Under the pieces are notes generated by a model. That model had not been told where the DNA came from. It did no database searches and worked only from the letters and a program-made list of their open reading frames with translations. DNA of 64,000 nucleotides from Candidatus Ozemobacteraceae bacterium (GTDB lineage: Bacteria; Muiribacteriota; Ozemobacteria; Ozemobacterales; Ozemobacteraceae): NCBI GenBank assembly GCA_965140445.1, contig OZ223236.1:1728001-1792000 (forward strand). The letters run 5' to 3'. The position numbers and the translations under genes are program-made. The first letter of the stretch is position 1; each line of letters begins with the position of its first letter. Of the stretch, positions 54,421 through 64,000 are shown piece by piece.

Positions 54421-56027
54421 TTTTGATAAATAATAGGCGATTTTTGAAAATCGTCAGGAGTCGGCGTTGTTTCAAAATATTTGATTCCTGCGTCTCTCAT
54501 AAATATTCCGCTGTCATTTGCATTTGTCGAATTTTTAAAAATTTGATCTCCACCCAGATTCCCTTCTGAAACGTATGAAGAAGTGCAGATCTTGTAAACT
54601 TTGTTATCTTCAATTGGTTTTCCAGAGACCAGAATGTTTTTGGCCTTTTTTGATTTGAGATCAAAAGTCGCAGTGATTCCTGCATATTGAAATCCACTAC
54701 CATCAAGGTGAAATTGGCACAGTAGCTCCATTATTCTTTTTAAATCAGAGCCCTTAGTGTCAAATGTGACAACCGAATTGTCATAGGGCATGGCTGTAAT
54801 AATTTTTTTGCAGGAAATTTTGCCTGATGAGATTCCTGCCCTGATTCCACCTGAATTCATTAAGCAAATATCTGCATTCACGGATTTTCGCATGGATTCA
54901 GCTGCCAGACTTCCCATTGGCCAACAGGCGTTGTGGATTTCATCCTTGGGGTATTCATATCCTTTTTCAGAAAAGCCAACAATTCTGTTCATTGATTCTG
55001 AAAGCATTTTTTCGTAGTGCTTTACCAGGAATGACAATAGAGAACTCTGGTCTTTTGGAGGTTCGTATTTCGAGTCCATTAGTTCGAGCTTTCCAGAATA
55101 GGTTGCTATTTTTCCATCCTCATCCAATGTGAGTTCAAGGTTTCCAACAAAAATTCCATGTTCACCAGCCTGTACAACGATTGTTCCGTTCTGACCATTG
55201 TCATAGTCCGAGGTGTCAAAGTCTGGATCGTTTTTTATCAGAATGGGGGAATGTACTTCTTCGTGAGTGTGTCCACCTACAATGACATCAATGGAATCAA
55301 TTCTTGCTGCCATCAATTTATCATCGTTTATACCTGCATGAGATAGGACTACTATTAGATCTACTTTTTCTCTCAGCTTTTCAGAAATTTTTCTAACTGT
55401 CTCTATTTGAGGTGTGGAATACATACCAGCTTTGGATTTTATTCCAATTCCTGCCCAGGTGTCGTCCCCGATGCTGCCTATTATCGCTATTTTATGATTT
55501 CCTTTGATTAAAATTTTATAAGGTTCAAAGATTGTTTTTTTAGTGTTATCAGAAAAAATATTTGCACTCAGAATTCTAATTCCTGAAGATTTTTGTTGTT
55601 TAAAAAGATTTGGAAAGCCATTGTCAGGTTCATGGTTGCCAATTGTTGTTGCGTCATAGCCGCAAAGTGCTGCTGCCTTGAAATTTGCCTGACCTTTAAA
55701 AAAGCTGTAAAAAGGAGAGCCTTGAAAAATATCTCCAGCATCGACTATTAATACTGGAATTCCAGTGTTTTTTATTTTTTTGAAATACTCATTTCTTCGA
55801 AGAATTCCACCAATATTTTTACCATGAGAGGTTTTTTCTTCGGGAAGGAGCCGGGAGTGGGTGTCATTAGTGTGTAAAATGATCAGCTTGTCCTTCTGGG
55901 CATCTATTGGGTTTGCAATCGATGAAGCTGTATGAAAACAAAAAGATACAAAAAGAAGAATCGCTAGAATGTATTTTTTATTTTTCAATGGGGTTTGATT
56001 TATTTGATTATTTGTCATTTTATTCAC
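54417..56027 (-). CDS. Secreted bifunctional UDP-sugar hydrolase/5'-nucleotidase
   Basis: LHTNDTHS, VDAGD, GNHE, LSHAG, GGHTH, NSGGIRA, MPYDN. Confidence 0.93.
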   Translation of the reverse strand: MNKMTNNQINQTPLKNKKYILAILLFVSFCFHTASSIANPIDAQKDKLIILHTNDTHSRLLPEEKTSHGKNIGGILRRNEYFKKIKNTGIPVLIVDAGDIFQGSPFYSFFKGQANFKAAALCGYDATTIGNHEPDNGFPNLFKQQKSSGIRILSANIFSDNTKKTIFEPYKILIKGNHKIAIIGSIGDDTWAGIGIKSKAGMYSTPQIETVRKISEKLREKVDLIVVLSHAGINDDKLMAARIDSIDVIVGGHTHEEVHSPILIKNDPDFDTSDYDNGQNGTIVVQAGEHGIFVGNLELTLDEDGKIATYSGKLELMDSKYEPPKDQSSLLSFLVKHYEKMLSESMNRIVGFSEKGYEYPKDEIHNACWPMGSLAAESMRKSVNADICLMNSGGIRAGISSGKISCKKIITAMPYDNSVVTFDTKGSDLKRIMELLCQFHLDGSGFQYAGITATFDLKSKKAKNILVSGKPIEDNKVYKICTSSYVSEGNLGGDQIFKNSTNANDSGIFMRDAGIKYFETTPTPDDFQKSPIIYQN

Positions 56028-56103
56028 TATTTTCCTAATATACTCAATATGCAGTCAATTCAATGATTTAAGAATTGCCGTTTTGGTAATAGATTAAGGG
56101 CTG

Positions 56104-56130
56104 GCTGGCGGGGGGAAATCCCCCGCCAAC
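56104..56130 (-). terminator. GC-rich hairpin after pepD (weak U-tract)
   Basis: TGGCGGGGG-GAAAT-CCCCCGCCA. Confidence 0.5.
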
Positions 56131-56136
56131 TAAGCT

Positions 56137-57615
56137 TTAAAGGGTTGCAAGTATTTCAATTAATAGATTCCACACTTTTTCTATGGAAGGGACGAATATT
56201 TTTTCGTCAGGTGAATGAGGGTTTTTAATTGTTGGCCCGAGTGAAATCATATCCATTCCTGGTTGGACGTTTCCAATCAATCCACATTCCAGGCCAGCGT
56301 GTATCGCTTCAACTTTTGGATCCTTTCCATAAAGCTTTTTGTATGATTTTTTGCAATGCGCCAGAAGCTTTGATTTGAAGTTAGGTTGCCAGGAAGGATA
56401 TCCTTCGTTACTAATTACTCTAGCGCCGCAGAGTCTGGAAATGGCTTCAATTCTCTTTGTTATACCTTCCAGTCGACTCATGACCGAGCTTCTCTGGCTT
56501 GTTTCAATCATTATTTTTCCCTGTTCAATCCAGGTTCTAGCATGATTTGATGAGGTTTCAACTATTTCAGGCATATCAGTTGACCTTGCCGCAACCCCAT
56601 TTGGGATAGCAAGAAGGAAGTCTATTACTTTTGCTGTAAAATAGCTCATCATAGCTCTTCTATCTGGAGGACTTTCTACAAAACTAAGTTCTATTTTTAA
56701 TTTTGGATCTGTATTGGCAAATTCATTTTTGAACATTGCTTCAATTTCTTTTACTAATTCAGGAAGGAATTCTTTTGCAGATGGTGGAGCAAAAAACGAT
56801 GCTTTAGCATCTCTTGGAATTGCATTATGAGCAGTCCCACCTTGAAGGTTTACCAGTCTGATGTCTGTCTTTTCTCTAAGAATGTGTAGGGCTCTGGTTA
56901 CAACTTTTATGGCATTGGCTCGTTCTTCGTGAATATTTACACCCGAGTGCCCACCGGTCATTCCAGAAGCCTTGATCATGTAGCCAAGAAAGTCAGAGGG
57001 AACTTCTTCATACTGAAGTGTAAGCTCTATTTTTGTGTCTTTACCGCCAGCACATCCTACAGTAAAAACTCCTTCATCTTCAGAGTCGATATTGATTAGA
57101 GTTTTGCCCTGGAAAAACCCGGGCTGAAGGCTTTGGGCGCCGGTTAGGCCAGTTTCTTCATCCACGGTAAACAATAATTCAAGTGGTGGGTGGGAAAGCT
57201 TTTTATTTTCAGCGATTGCCATGGCCATAGCGATTGCAATGCCGTTATCTGCTCCTAGCGTGGTTTTGTCTGCTTTTAACCATTCGCCATCATATACAAA
57301 TTTAATTGGATCTTTGGAAAAATCGTGTTTTGAATCTGGAGTTTTCTCACAAACCATGTCCATGTGACCCTGTAGAATCACCGGCGATTTTTTTTCTAAT
57401 CCATTTTTTCCAGGAACCTTAATTATAATATTTCCTGCTGCATCAATTTCACTTTTAAAGTTTTGCTCATTTGCCCAATTATTTAAATAATTGCGGATTT
57501 TTTCTTCCTGCTTAGACTTTCTTGGGATAGCACTTAACTTCTCAAATTGTTCCAGGATAAGCTTTTCGGGCGTGTTACCAGTGTTTTCTTTTTTTCTATC
57601 AATCTTCTTAGCCAT
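56137..57615 (-). CDS. pepD: Aminoacyl-histidine dipeptidase (M20)
   Basis: LQGHMDMVCEK, TLGADNGI, TVDEETGL, NIDSED, GGHSG, HAGLECG, HSPDE. Confidence 0.95.
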   Translation of the reverse strand: MAKKIDRKKENTGNTPEKLILEQFEKLSAIPRKSKQEEKIRNYLNNWANEQNFKSEIDAAGNIIIKVPGKNGLEKKSPVILQGHMDMVCEKTPDSKHDFSKDPIKFVYDGEWLKADKTTLGADNGIAIAMAMAIAENKKLSHPPLELLFTVDEETGLTGAQSLQPGFFQGKTLINIDSEDEGVFTVGCAGGKDTKIELTLQYEEVPSDFLGYMIKASGMTGGHSGVNIHEERANAIKVVTRALHILREKTDIRLVNLQGGTAHNAIPRDAKASFFAPPSAKEFLPELVKEIEAMFKNEFANTDPKLKIELSFVESPPDRRAMMSYFTAKVIDFLLAIPNGVAARSTDMPEIVETSSNHARTWIEQGKIMIETSQRSSVMSRLEGITKRIEAISRLCGARVISNEGYPSWQPNFKSKLLAHCKKSYKKLYGKDPKVEAIHAGLECGLIGNVQPGMDMISLGPTIKNPHSPDEKIFVPSIEKVWNLLIEILATL

Positions 57616-57725
57616 GAGACTCCTCTTATTTCTAATTTAATGTATGATAACAAATGCAATTTGATTTTCAAATAAGTCTAAAAAGATTTATTATGATGTT
57701 TAAAGTGAATTTCCACGGAGAGAAA

Positions 57726-59714
57726 ATGTTTTCAAATAGAATTAGCGAAAAACCAGTCCTGGCTTTGTCGTTGTTAAGTGAAATTGCCCAGGCAATATCT
57801 CAGCTAAATCCAGACAGGGCATTACTTTTTTTAACTGAAAGCGCTGTTTCAATTACTGAATCAGAAGGCGCGATGCTAATGATACCTCATGAAAAAAACA
57901 ATCTTATGGTTCCTTTTGTAAAAAGCTTTCAAAAGAAAGTTTGTGAACCGCAGATAAATGAAGATTTTCAAAAATTTTGTTATGAGAAGTTTTTGACCAT
58001 AAATGAAAGTAGCTCTGAGAGCAAATTGGTTGAATTAGATTGGGAGCTGGGTCCAGAAAATGAGATTGCATATGGCGAGTCTGTTTTTTTGGCAGGTAAG
58101 CCTGTTGCCATGTTGGTTTTCTCAATGAAACCTGGATTTTCTCTCACAGGTGAACAGCAGAGTTTTTTGTCTATTTTGACTCCATTTATGGGGTCGCTTA
58201 TGGAAAACTTTCGCCTGAACAATGAAATGATTCATAAGAATTCCCGCCTTTCAGCATTGTATGAAATTTCTCAACAGGCTGAATCCTTAATCGACTTTAG
58301 GGACGTTTATGATTCCCTAGGTAAAGTTGCTCGAAGTTTCATTAACTATGATGCGTATTTGCTTTATTTATTGGGAACAGATGGAAAAACTCTGGAAGCA
58401 AGGGTAGCTATTGGAGAGGCAGAAGCTTTTGAAAAGAAGATAAGGGTTGGCGAAGGGCCAGTCGGCCATGCAGCTGCGCAACTTAAACCGTATCTGACAT
58501 TTACCACGGATTATAATTCTGTTTTAATTTTGCCAATTGAAGTATCAGGAAAATTGATTGGTGTTTTAACGATTGCAAGTAAGAAAGCCTATGCTTATCG
58601 AGATGAGGATATCATTGGGTTACGTATTATCGCAACACAGATAGCCTCTATTGATCATATGTTTAAGGATTTAATCCAGCTTAAAGGTTTTACTGAAAGA
58701 ATCTTAGAGAGTATGACATCTGGAGTCATAATTTTTGATAGATCAGGTAAGGTAACTTTTTCAAATCATGAGGTTAGAAGACTTTTATTGAAACATCTGC
58801 CCGAAGGCTGGTCGCCATTAGAGGATACAGACGGAATTCCTGCTGACTTGATTAAATTAATGCTTGAAGTTCTTGAATCCAATTTGACTCTAGAGAATGA
58901 AAGGCTTCGATTGAATACTGGTGCTTCCAAAAAAATTGTTGAAGTGAATGCGTTTCCGTTTAGAACTGAAAAAGGCGGTATGTTGGGAACAGCTTTCTTT
59001 ATAAAAGATATTACTCAATTGACCGCAATGGAAGATCAGCTGAAACGTGCCGACCGACTCTCTGCACTTGGGGTATTGGCGGCTGGGATTGCACACGAAA
59101 TCAGGAATCCCTTAACTGGAATGAAAATGATAGTTCAGTTATTGGAAAGTGAATTTGCAGTAGAAGATTCTCGAAGAGAGCCTCTTGGGATAATTCAGAA
59201 AGAAATTGATCGTCTGGAAGGAATTATTGGCAATCTTTTGGATTTCGCCAGACCTAGCAAACCAAAAGCTCTTTTGGTTTATCCCTGTGACGTCATTGAT
59301 GCTTGCTATCAATTGGTAAAAAATCAGTTAAATAAATTAGGTATTAAATTTAGAAAAGGGGAGGGAGATGATTGCCCAGCTATCATTGCTGACCCGGATC
59401 AACTTAAACAGGTTTTTTTAAACATACTGACAAATGCAATTCATGCCTTGAACAGGGGAGGGGAGCTAAGCGTCGGAACTATTGAACAGGATGGTTATGT
59501 AGTAGCCTTGTTCCGGGATAATGGAATCGGAATTCCGACTGATAAATTACAAGACATTTTTAATCCATTTATGACAACCAAAGAGGATGGAACTGGGCTA
59601 GGGCTTTCTATGGCTCAGAGAATCGTAGAGGAACATGGAGGAAGGATCGAAGTTGAGAGCCAGCAAGGAGTCGGTTCTTTATTTAAAGTTTTCTTACCTC
59701 TGAAGCGGGAGTAA
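57726..59714 (+). CDS. Cytoplasmic sensor histidine kinase (GAF-GAF-PAS-HisKA-HATPase)
   Basis: AHEIRNPL H-box, QVFLNILTNA, DNGIGI, FNPFMTTK, GTGLGL. Likely ATG at 57726 after GGAG. Confidence 0.93.
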   Translation: MFSNRISEKPVLALSLLSEIAQAISQLNPDRALLFLTESAVSITESEGAMLMIPHEKNNLMVPFVKSFQKKVCEPQINEDFQKFCYEKFLTINESSSESKLVELDWELGPENEIAYGESVFLAGKPVAMLVFSMKPGFSLTGEQQSFLSILTPFMGSLMENFRLNNEMIHKNSRLSALYEISQQAESLIDFRDVYDSLGKVARSFINYDAYLLYLLGTDGKTLEARVAIGEAEAFEKKIRVGEGPVGHAAAQLKPYLTFTTDYNSVLILPIEVSGKLIGVLTIASKKAYAYRDEDIIGLRIIATQIASIDHMFKDLIQLKGFTERILESMTSGVIIFDRSGKVTFSNHEVRRLLLKHLPEGWSPLEDTDGIPADLIKLMLEVLESNLTLENERLRLNTGASKKIVEVNAFPFRTEKGGMLGTAFFIKDITQLTAMEDQLKRADRLSALGVLAAGIAHEIRNPLTGMKMIVQLLESEFAVEDSRREPLGIIQKEIDRLEGIIGNLLDFARPSKPKALLVYPCDVIDACYQLVKNQLNKLGIKFRKGEGDDCPAIIADPDQLKQVFLNILTNAIHALNRGGELSVGTIEQDGYVVALFRDNGIGIPTDKLQDIFNPFMTTKEDGTGLGLSMAQRIVEEHGGRIEVESQQGVGSLFKVFLPLKRE

Positions 59715-59715
59715 T

Positions 59716-60315
59716 ATGCTAGTTATTGGAATTTCAGGACAAACAGGTGCGGGAAAATCGACTTTGGCTAGATATCTTTCCAGGTTTGGTGGGAAAAATC
59801 TGGAAGTTGACGAAGTTGGACATGACTTACTTTTTGATAAAAATGTCAAAAAACATTTAAAAAAGAATTTTGGCTCTGAAATATTTGATTCTTCCGGGGA
59901 AGTTTGTAGACAAAACCTCGGAAAGAAAGCTTTTCAAAATGCCGATTCGATAACAACATTAAATAGAATAATGCACCCACCAATGATTCAGGCCATTTTG
60001 AAAGAGATAAAAGCTGAGCGTGCTTCTGGAAGAACCTTTATTTTGGTTAATGCTGCATTGTTATTCTCAATGGGGCTTAGTGAACTTTGTGATGTAATTA
60101 TTTTTGTTGTGGCTACTCCTGAAATTCGACTCGAAAGACTAGTTGAATCAAGAGGAATGGATAAAGATAAAGCAGAACAAAGGTTGTTTGCGCAGGACAA
60201 TATTCCAGAAAACTGCAAAAAGCTTAAAATTATCAATAATGACAGCAATGAAGAGGATTTATTCTCTCAGGCGGATGATTTTATGAAGCAATTTAGTTTA
60301 TATAAGCAGGTGTAA
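59716..60315 (+). CDS. coaE: Dephospho-CoA kinase
   Basis: IGISGQTGAGKST, D.VGH.L, LNRIMHP, AALLF, RLERLVESRG. Confidence 0.9.
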   Translation: MLVIGISGQTGAGKSTLARYLSRFGGKNLEVDEVGHDLLFDKNVKKHLKKNFGSEIFDSSGEVCRQNLGKKAFQNADSITTLNRIMHPPMIQAILKEIKAERASGRTFILVNAALLFSMGLSELCDVIIFVVATPEIRLERLVESRGMDKDKAEQRLFAQDNIPENCKKLKIINNDSNEEDLFSQADDFMKQFSLYKQV

Positions 60316-60316
60316 T

Positions 60317-61078
60317 ATGGATTTTGAACTCCAACCATATTTTAGAAAAATTAATTTTGATGAGAAATTTTACTCGGAAAGCGTTGATAAATTGGTAACA
60401 ACTTATAATGGGGATGGTTCTATTCCTCATTGTATTTTTAAAGATCTGGCAGAAATTGAATTGCTGGTTTCCCATAAATCTTCATTTGAGAATGAAATAG
60501 AGCTTTTTTGTTGCATTGAAGGTTTTACTAATTCCAATGGAAAAGTGAAGGGAGTTTATTGTACTCGGCTAAGTAAGGTCGCCAGAGCTATGCTTGCAAA
60601 TAAGACAAGATCGCTTATTCTTAGGAATAAATACTCCTCTTTAAAAATAGAGGGAAATGAATTAATTAAACTTTTGGAGACTATTTTGACAAACAAGAAT
60701 ATGCAGGATGAAGTAGCAGAATTTGATGAAATTGAATTTGAAGAGGGAAGCGAAATTATTTTTTCAACTCCAGATCCAGATTTGCCACAGGAATTCATTG
60801 ATTATTTAAAAAGTGTTTTAAACCCATTAAAGGATGTAGAGGCGATCTATATTTTTGAAACTCAACTGGAAGGTGAAGATCAAAGCAGCCTGGTATTAGG
60901 TATTAAACCAGCTTCTGGAAAAGATGATGATGATTTTGACAAAATTATTATGCTTCTTTCTGATGGAGTCGACAGATACATTTCTGAGTGGGACCAGGTG
61001 GACTTCATGATTATTACAGATGAAGAAATTCTGGAGTTGGCTGAATCAGTTAGTCCTGTGGTTGACCTGGATAGATAG
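60317..61078 (+). CDS. Acidic protein with an SseB C-terminal-like domain
   Basis: EIIFSTPDPDLPQEFIDYLKSVL...VEAIYIF...SLVLGI...VDFM resembles SseB_C. Confidence 0.6.
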   Translation: MDFELQPYFRKINFDEKFYSESVDKLVTTYNGDGSIPHCIFKDLAEIELLVSHKSSFENEIELFCCIEGFTNSNGKVKGVYCTRLSKVARAMLANKTRSLILRNKYSSLKIEGNELIKLLETILTNKNMQDEVAEFDEIEFEEGSEIIFSTPDPDLPQEFIDYLKSVLNPLKDVEAIYIFETQLEGEDQSSLVLGIKPASGKDDDDFDKIIMLLSDGVDRYISEWDQVDFMIITDEEILELAESVSPVVDLDR

Positions 61079-61108
61079 CTTATATAACCATTTATAAGGA
61101 GGCAGAGT

Positions 61109-62326
61109 TTGAAAGTTCTTATTGTAGAAGATGAAAGCATTACTAGAGAACAAATGGCTGTTCTGCTTTCTGAGTGGGGGTATGAAGTTCTTCAGGCAAC
61201 AGATGGCAAAGAAGCTTGGGAAATTTTTCAGCGTGAACCAATCAGAATAATTCTAACTGATCTATTAATGCCTGGTATGGATGGTATTGAACTTTGTAAA
61301 ATGGTTCGAAGCGCCAAAAAAGGTTTTTACACTTATATAATCGTCGTTACAGGATTATCCGATCAGGTCAATCTCTACGATGCGCTTTTTGCCGGAGCAG
61401 ATGATTTTATAATGAAACCATGGCAAAATCCGGAAGTCAGGGCAAGATTGAGGACTGGCGAACGAATTCTTCACCTTGAAGATGAGCTGCAAGATCGGAT
61501 TGAAAAATTAGAAAGCGCAAATCTAATTATTAGAACAGCAAATGAACGGATGAGAAAAGAAATTGAGTTTATGAGTAAGATTCAAAGCTCTCTTTTACCA
61601 TCAGAGTTAGCGAAGTTTGACAATTTTAACCTTGCATGGAAGCACAAGCCGAATTCAATGCTTTGTGGTGATGGTTTGAATATTTTCAGGCTGGATGAAA
61701 GTCATGTGGCTCTGTATATTTTAGATGTTTCAGGGAGTGGCCCAGCAGCGTCATTTTTACTAGCTTCTCTAAGTCGAAAAATGGTTCCAATTCCTGGGCA
61801 GCCCGGGATTTTGAAAAATCTATCAATCCATGAGCCAGGATACACTATTACTGAACCAAGATCAGTTTTAAAGAATTTAAACAGTGCTTTTCCACTGGAT
61901 TTGGAAACAAATCAGTTTTTTACCATTTTCTACGCAATTTATAACTTTAAAACAGGATCGATCAGGTATTCTACTGCAGGTCATCCACCACCGATGATTA
62001 TTAAAGGTAATGGTAAATTCTTTCAGTTAGATGGTTCTGGACATCCAATTGGATTTGTTGATAACGGAGAGTTTGAACAGTGGGATTGTGAGCTTGAGCC
62101 AGGAGATCGTTTCTATTTATTTACTGATGGAATGAGTGATTCAAGGGATGCCTCTAACGAGCCATTTGGTAGAAAAAGAATGCTTGAAATCCTTAGAGGA
62201 CAGCTTGGTAATAAACTTGAAGATAGTATCGAAGGTGTTTTTAGAGCAAGTAAAGAGTGGAGTTCTTCTGGTGACTTTTCAGATGATGCTTCAATTCTTG
62301 CAATTGAAATTTCTAAGGTTGAATAA
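61109..62326 (+). CDS. Response regulator with a SpoIIE/RsbU-type PP2C phosphatase output domain
   Basis: REC domain (LIVEDE, TDLLMPGMDG, AGADDFIMKP), coiled coil, then IQSSLLP, CGDGLN, DVSGSG, AGHPPP, FTDG, DDASIL. TTG start. Confidence 0.92.
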   Translation: MKVLIVEDESITREQMAVLLSEWGYEVLQATDGKEAWEIFQREPIRIILTDLLMPGMDGIELCKMVRSAKKGFYTYIIVVTGLSDQVNLYDALFAGADDFIMKPWQNPEVRARLRTGERILHLEDELQDRIEKLESANLIIRTANERMRKEIEFMSKIQSSLLPSELAKFDNFNLAWKHKPNSMLCGDGLNIFRLDESHVALYILDVSGSGPAASFLLASLSRKMVPIPGQPGILKNLSIHEPGYTITEPRSVLKNLNSAFPLDLETNQFFTIFYAIYNFKTGSIRYSTAGHPPPMIIKGNGKFFQLDGSGHPIGFVDNGEFEQWDCELEPGDRFYLFTDGMSDSRDASNEPFGRKRMLEILRGQLGNKLEDSIEGVFRASKEWSSSGDFSDDASILAIEISKVE

Positions 62327-62827
62327 ATGGGACATATTGAACATCAGGCGTTAGCAGAAAAGCAACTAAAGATAGGGGTGCTAACCCTTTCTGATACTAG
62401 AGATGAAAAATCAGACAAATCTGGTTCCATAATTAGAAGTCTGATGATCAGAGATGGGCATTCTATTATTAAATATGCGGTTGTAAGAGAAGACCCTGAG
62501 GTAATTCAGGAAAACCTTAAGTCATGGTTAAGCTGCGACCTGGATGCGATCATAACAAATGGTGGAACAGGATTAACGGCAAGGGATGGAACTGTAGAAG
62601 TTGCGAGAAATCTTTTTGACAAGGAATTAGATGGTTTTGGCGAACTGTTCAGGCTTCTTTCTTTTCATCAAATAGGCCCAGCGGCAATGCTAAGTCGAGC
62701 TACTGCTGGTTTGGCACATGGAAAGATTTTGATTTGTCTGCCCGGATCATCGAAAGCTGTTAGACTGGCTATTGAGAGAATTGTTTTGCCCCAGATTGCT
62801 CATATGGTATGGGAAGCAAATCGATAA
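62327..62827 (+). CDS. moaB: Molybdenum cofactor biosynthesis protein MoaB/MogA
   Basis: LTLSDTR, DKSG, TNGGTG, GFGELFR, AMLSRA, LPGS. Confidence 0.92.
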   Translation: MGHIEHQALAEKQLKIGVLTLSDTRDEKSDKSGSIIRSLMIRDGHSIIKYAVVREDPEVIQENLKSWLSCDLDAIITNGGTGLTARDGTVEVARNLFDKELDGFGELFRLLSFHQIGPAAMLSRATAGLAHGKILICLPGSSKAVRLAIERIVLPQIAHMVWEANR

Positions 62828-62838
62828 TAAAAATGAAT

Positions 62839-62877
62839 AAAAAAATAGCTACAAACAATGTTTGTAGCTATTTTTTT
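62839..62877. terminator. Bidirectional intrinsic terminator
   Basis: A-tract-TAGCTACAAAC-AAT-GTTTGTAGCTA-T-tract between convergent genes. Confidence 0.88.
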
Positions 62878-62887
62878 GCTTTTTTTA

Positions 62888-64000
62888 TCAGGAAAACCAG
62901 CCTTTAATTGTCCCAAGGATTCCTTCGTCAGCGCCTTCTATTTTTTCACCAAGAAGCCCTTGAATAGTGCTTATAAAATCAGTTTTGTACTGAGAAGGTG
63001 AAGTTGAATCAAAGAGGGTTTTTTGTTCATTGATTAAGTCTGAGGCGTGTTTCCAATCATCATGTAAGCTGAAGTCGAATTTTCTTTTCAATGCGGCTTC
63101 AATATCTGCTTTAGGTCTGGCATACATGCTATCTTCTCTGTTTAAAATCATGCGGATTTTTTCAGATGGATACTTTAAGTTTTCCATAACCTGCAGACAT
63201 ACATGCATGCTTTTTATATGGTTCATTTCTGGAGCCATAATTAAACAGATAAGGTCTGAAACATCCAGAGCGTTAATTGTTAGATCCTGGAACAGAGAAT
63301 GAGTATCAATTATTATGACATCATACTTTTGTTTTGCTAATTTCAAAATCTTTCTGAGGTGCGTTGAATTAACCATTTCAGATTGCTCAGGCTTAGTTGG
63401 AGATGGTAATACATCGTAGCCAAAAGGATGCTTAACAACAAATTTTTCAAACTCTTCTAAGCTGCTTATATCTGCATCTATCATATCTGCAATCGTTCTT
63501 TTTGCTTTTAAGCCTAGCATGAAAGCAAGATCGCCAAACTGTAAATCCATGTCCATCAGGAGAGCAGATTTTTTGGTTAATTTCGCTATACCAGAAGCAA
63601 GGTTTGCTGCAAATACGCTTTTTCCAGATCCACCTTTTGGGCTAAAAATAGTAAAGACTTTGCCTTCTTTATTATCTTCTTTTTCAGCGCTTTGACTTTC
63701 ACTTCTGAAGCGTTTTGTCAGGGCAGACATGATTCTTAAAGCAATGAAAGAATTAATTCTTAGCATCATGTCGAAGTTTGTTTTATCAATTTCGAGAAGT
63801 ATTACGTCGGTATCGGCTATAACGGTGGCATTTCTTGGCGCGCCTTCAATTAAGGACATTTCACCAAAAAAGCAGCTTTCGTCATTGTGGGAAATCCGGC
63901 CCACTACTTTTTCTTCGCCGTTTTCTGTTTTAAGGATTTCTACTTTTCCTTCTTTTAAAAGAAAAAAGGAGTTACCCATTTCTCCCTGCTTCATAAGAGT
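62888..64000 (-). CDS. cNMP-binding domain fused to a CpaE/TadZ-like (MinD/ParA family) ATPase; 5' end lies beyond the window
   Basis: QGEMGNSFFLLKEGKVEI...FGEMSLIEGAPRNATV (cNMP domain); FSPKGGSGKS, DMDLQFGD, IIIDT; amphipathic tail GILGTIKGWFS. The frame is open to position 64000. Confidence 0.88.
   Translation of the reverse strand, partial: TLMKQGEMGNSFFLLKEGKVEILKTENGEEKVVGRISHNDESCFFGEMSLIEGAPRNATVIADTDVILLEIDKTNFDMMLRINSFIALRIMSALTKRFRSESQSAEKEDNKEGKVFTIFSPKGGSGKSVFAANLASGIAKLTKKSALLMDMDLQFGDLAFMLGLKAKRTIADMIDADISSLEEFEKFVVKHPFGYDVLPSPTKPEQSEMVNSTHLRKILKLAKQKYDVIIIDTHSLFQDLTINALDVSDLICLIMAPEMNHIKSMHVCLQVMENLKYPSEKIRMILNREDSMYARPKADIEAALKRKFDFSLHDDWKHASDLINEQKTLFDSTSPSQYKTDFISTIQGLLGEKIEGADEGILGTIKGWFS

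Noticed and set aside
16303..62877. Similar A-tract/hairpin/T-tract elements as a REP-like repeat family
   Set aside because: The stem sequences differ from each other, and all sit at gene ends, consistent with ordinary intrinsic terminators.
1..64000. CRISPR array, IS/transposon, prophage, recognisable defence system or rRNA
   Set aside because: No regularly spaced direct repeats and no transposase, integrase, cas, phage or nuclease motifs were seen in any ORF. Reading by eye could miss degenerate remnants.

Overview
This is a gene-dense, AT-rich bacterial chromosomal window with about 45 CDS and one tRNA-Leu(CAG). I found no rRNA, CRISPR array, integrase, transposase or phage genes. Housekeeping content: a MacAB-like ABC exporter, a Na+/Pi cotransporter, modABC, HU, ybaB, a rearranged partial dcw cluster (ftsL-rsmH-ftsI-murE-murF-mraY), iorAB, a UDP-glucuronate epimerase, a 5'-nucleotidase, pepD, coaE and moaB. 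It is interleaved with many signalling and cell-surface genes of unusual architecture: a tandem double membrane-fusion protein; two paralogous bitopic proteins with C-terminal peptidoglycan-binding domains; a PP2C/TPR/Hanks-kinase/FlgN-like cluster; a ~2,700-aa secreted protein of alternating Big_5 and unnamed repeats ending in a T9SS-CTD/FlgD-like domain; a multidomain clostripain; a standalone Tudor-like protein; a HEAT/TPR protein paired with a membrane adenylate cyclase; a PilS-like membrane sensor with no output domain; and a cNMP-binding domain fused to a CpaE/MinD-like ATPase (cut by the window edge). The gene content suggests a diderm, meso-DAP-containing anaerobe from a poorly studied lineage. 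It reminds me of Ca. Riflebacteria, but that is an unverified impression. All domain calls come from reading motifs by eye, and no database searches were run.
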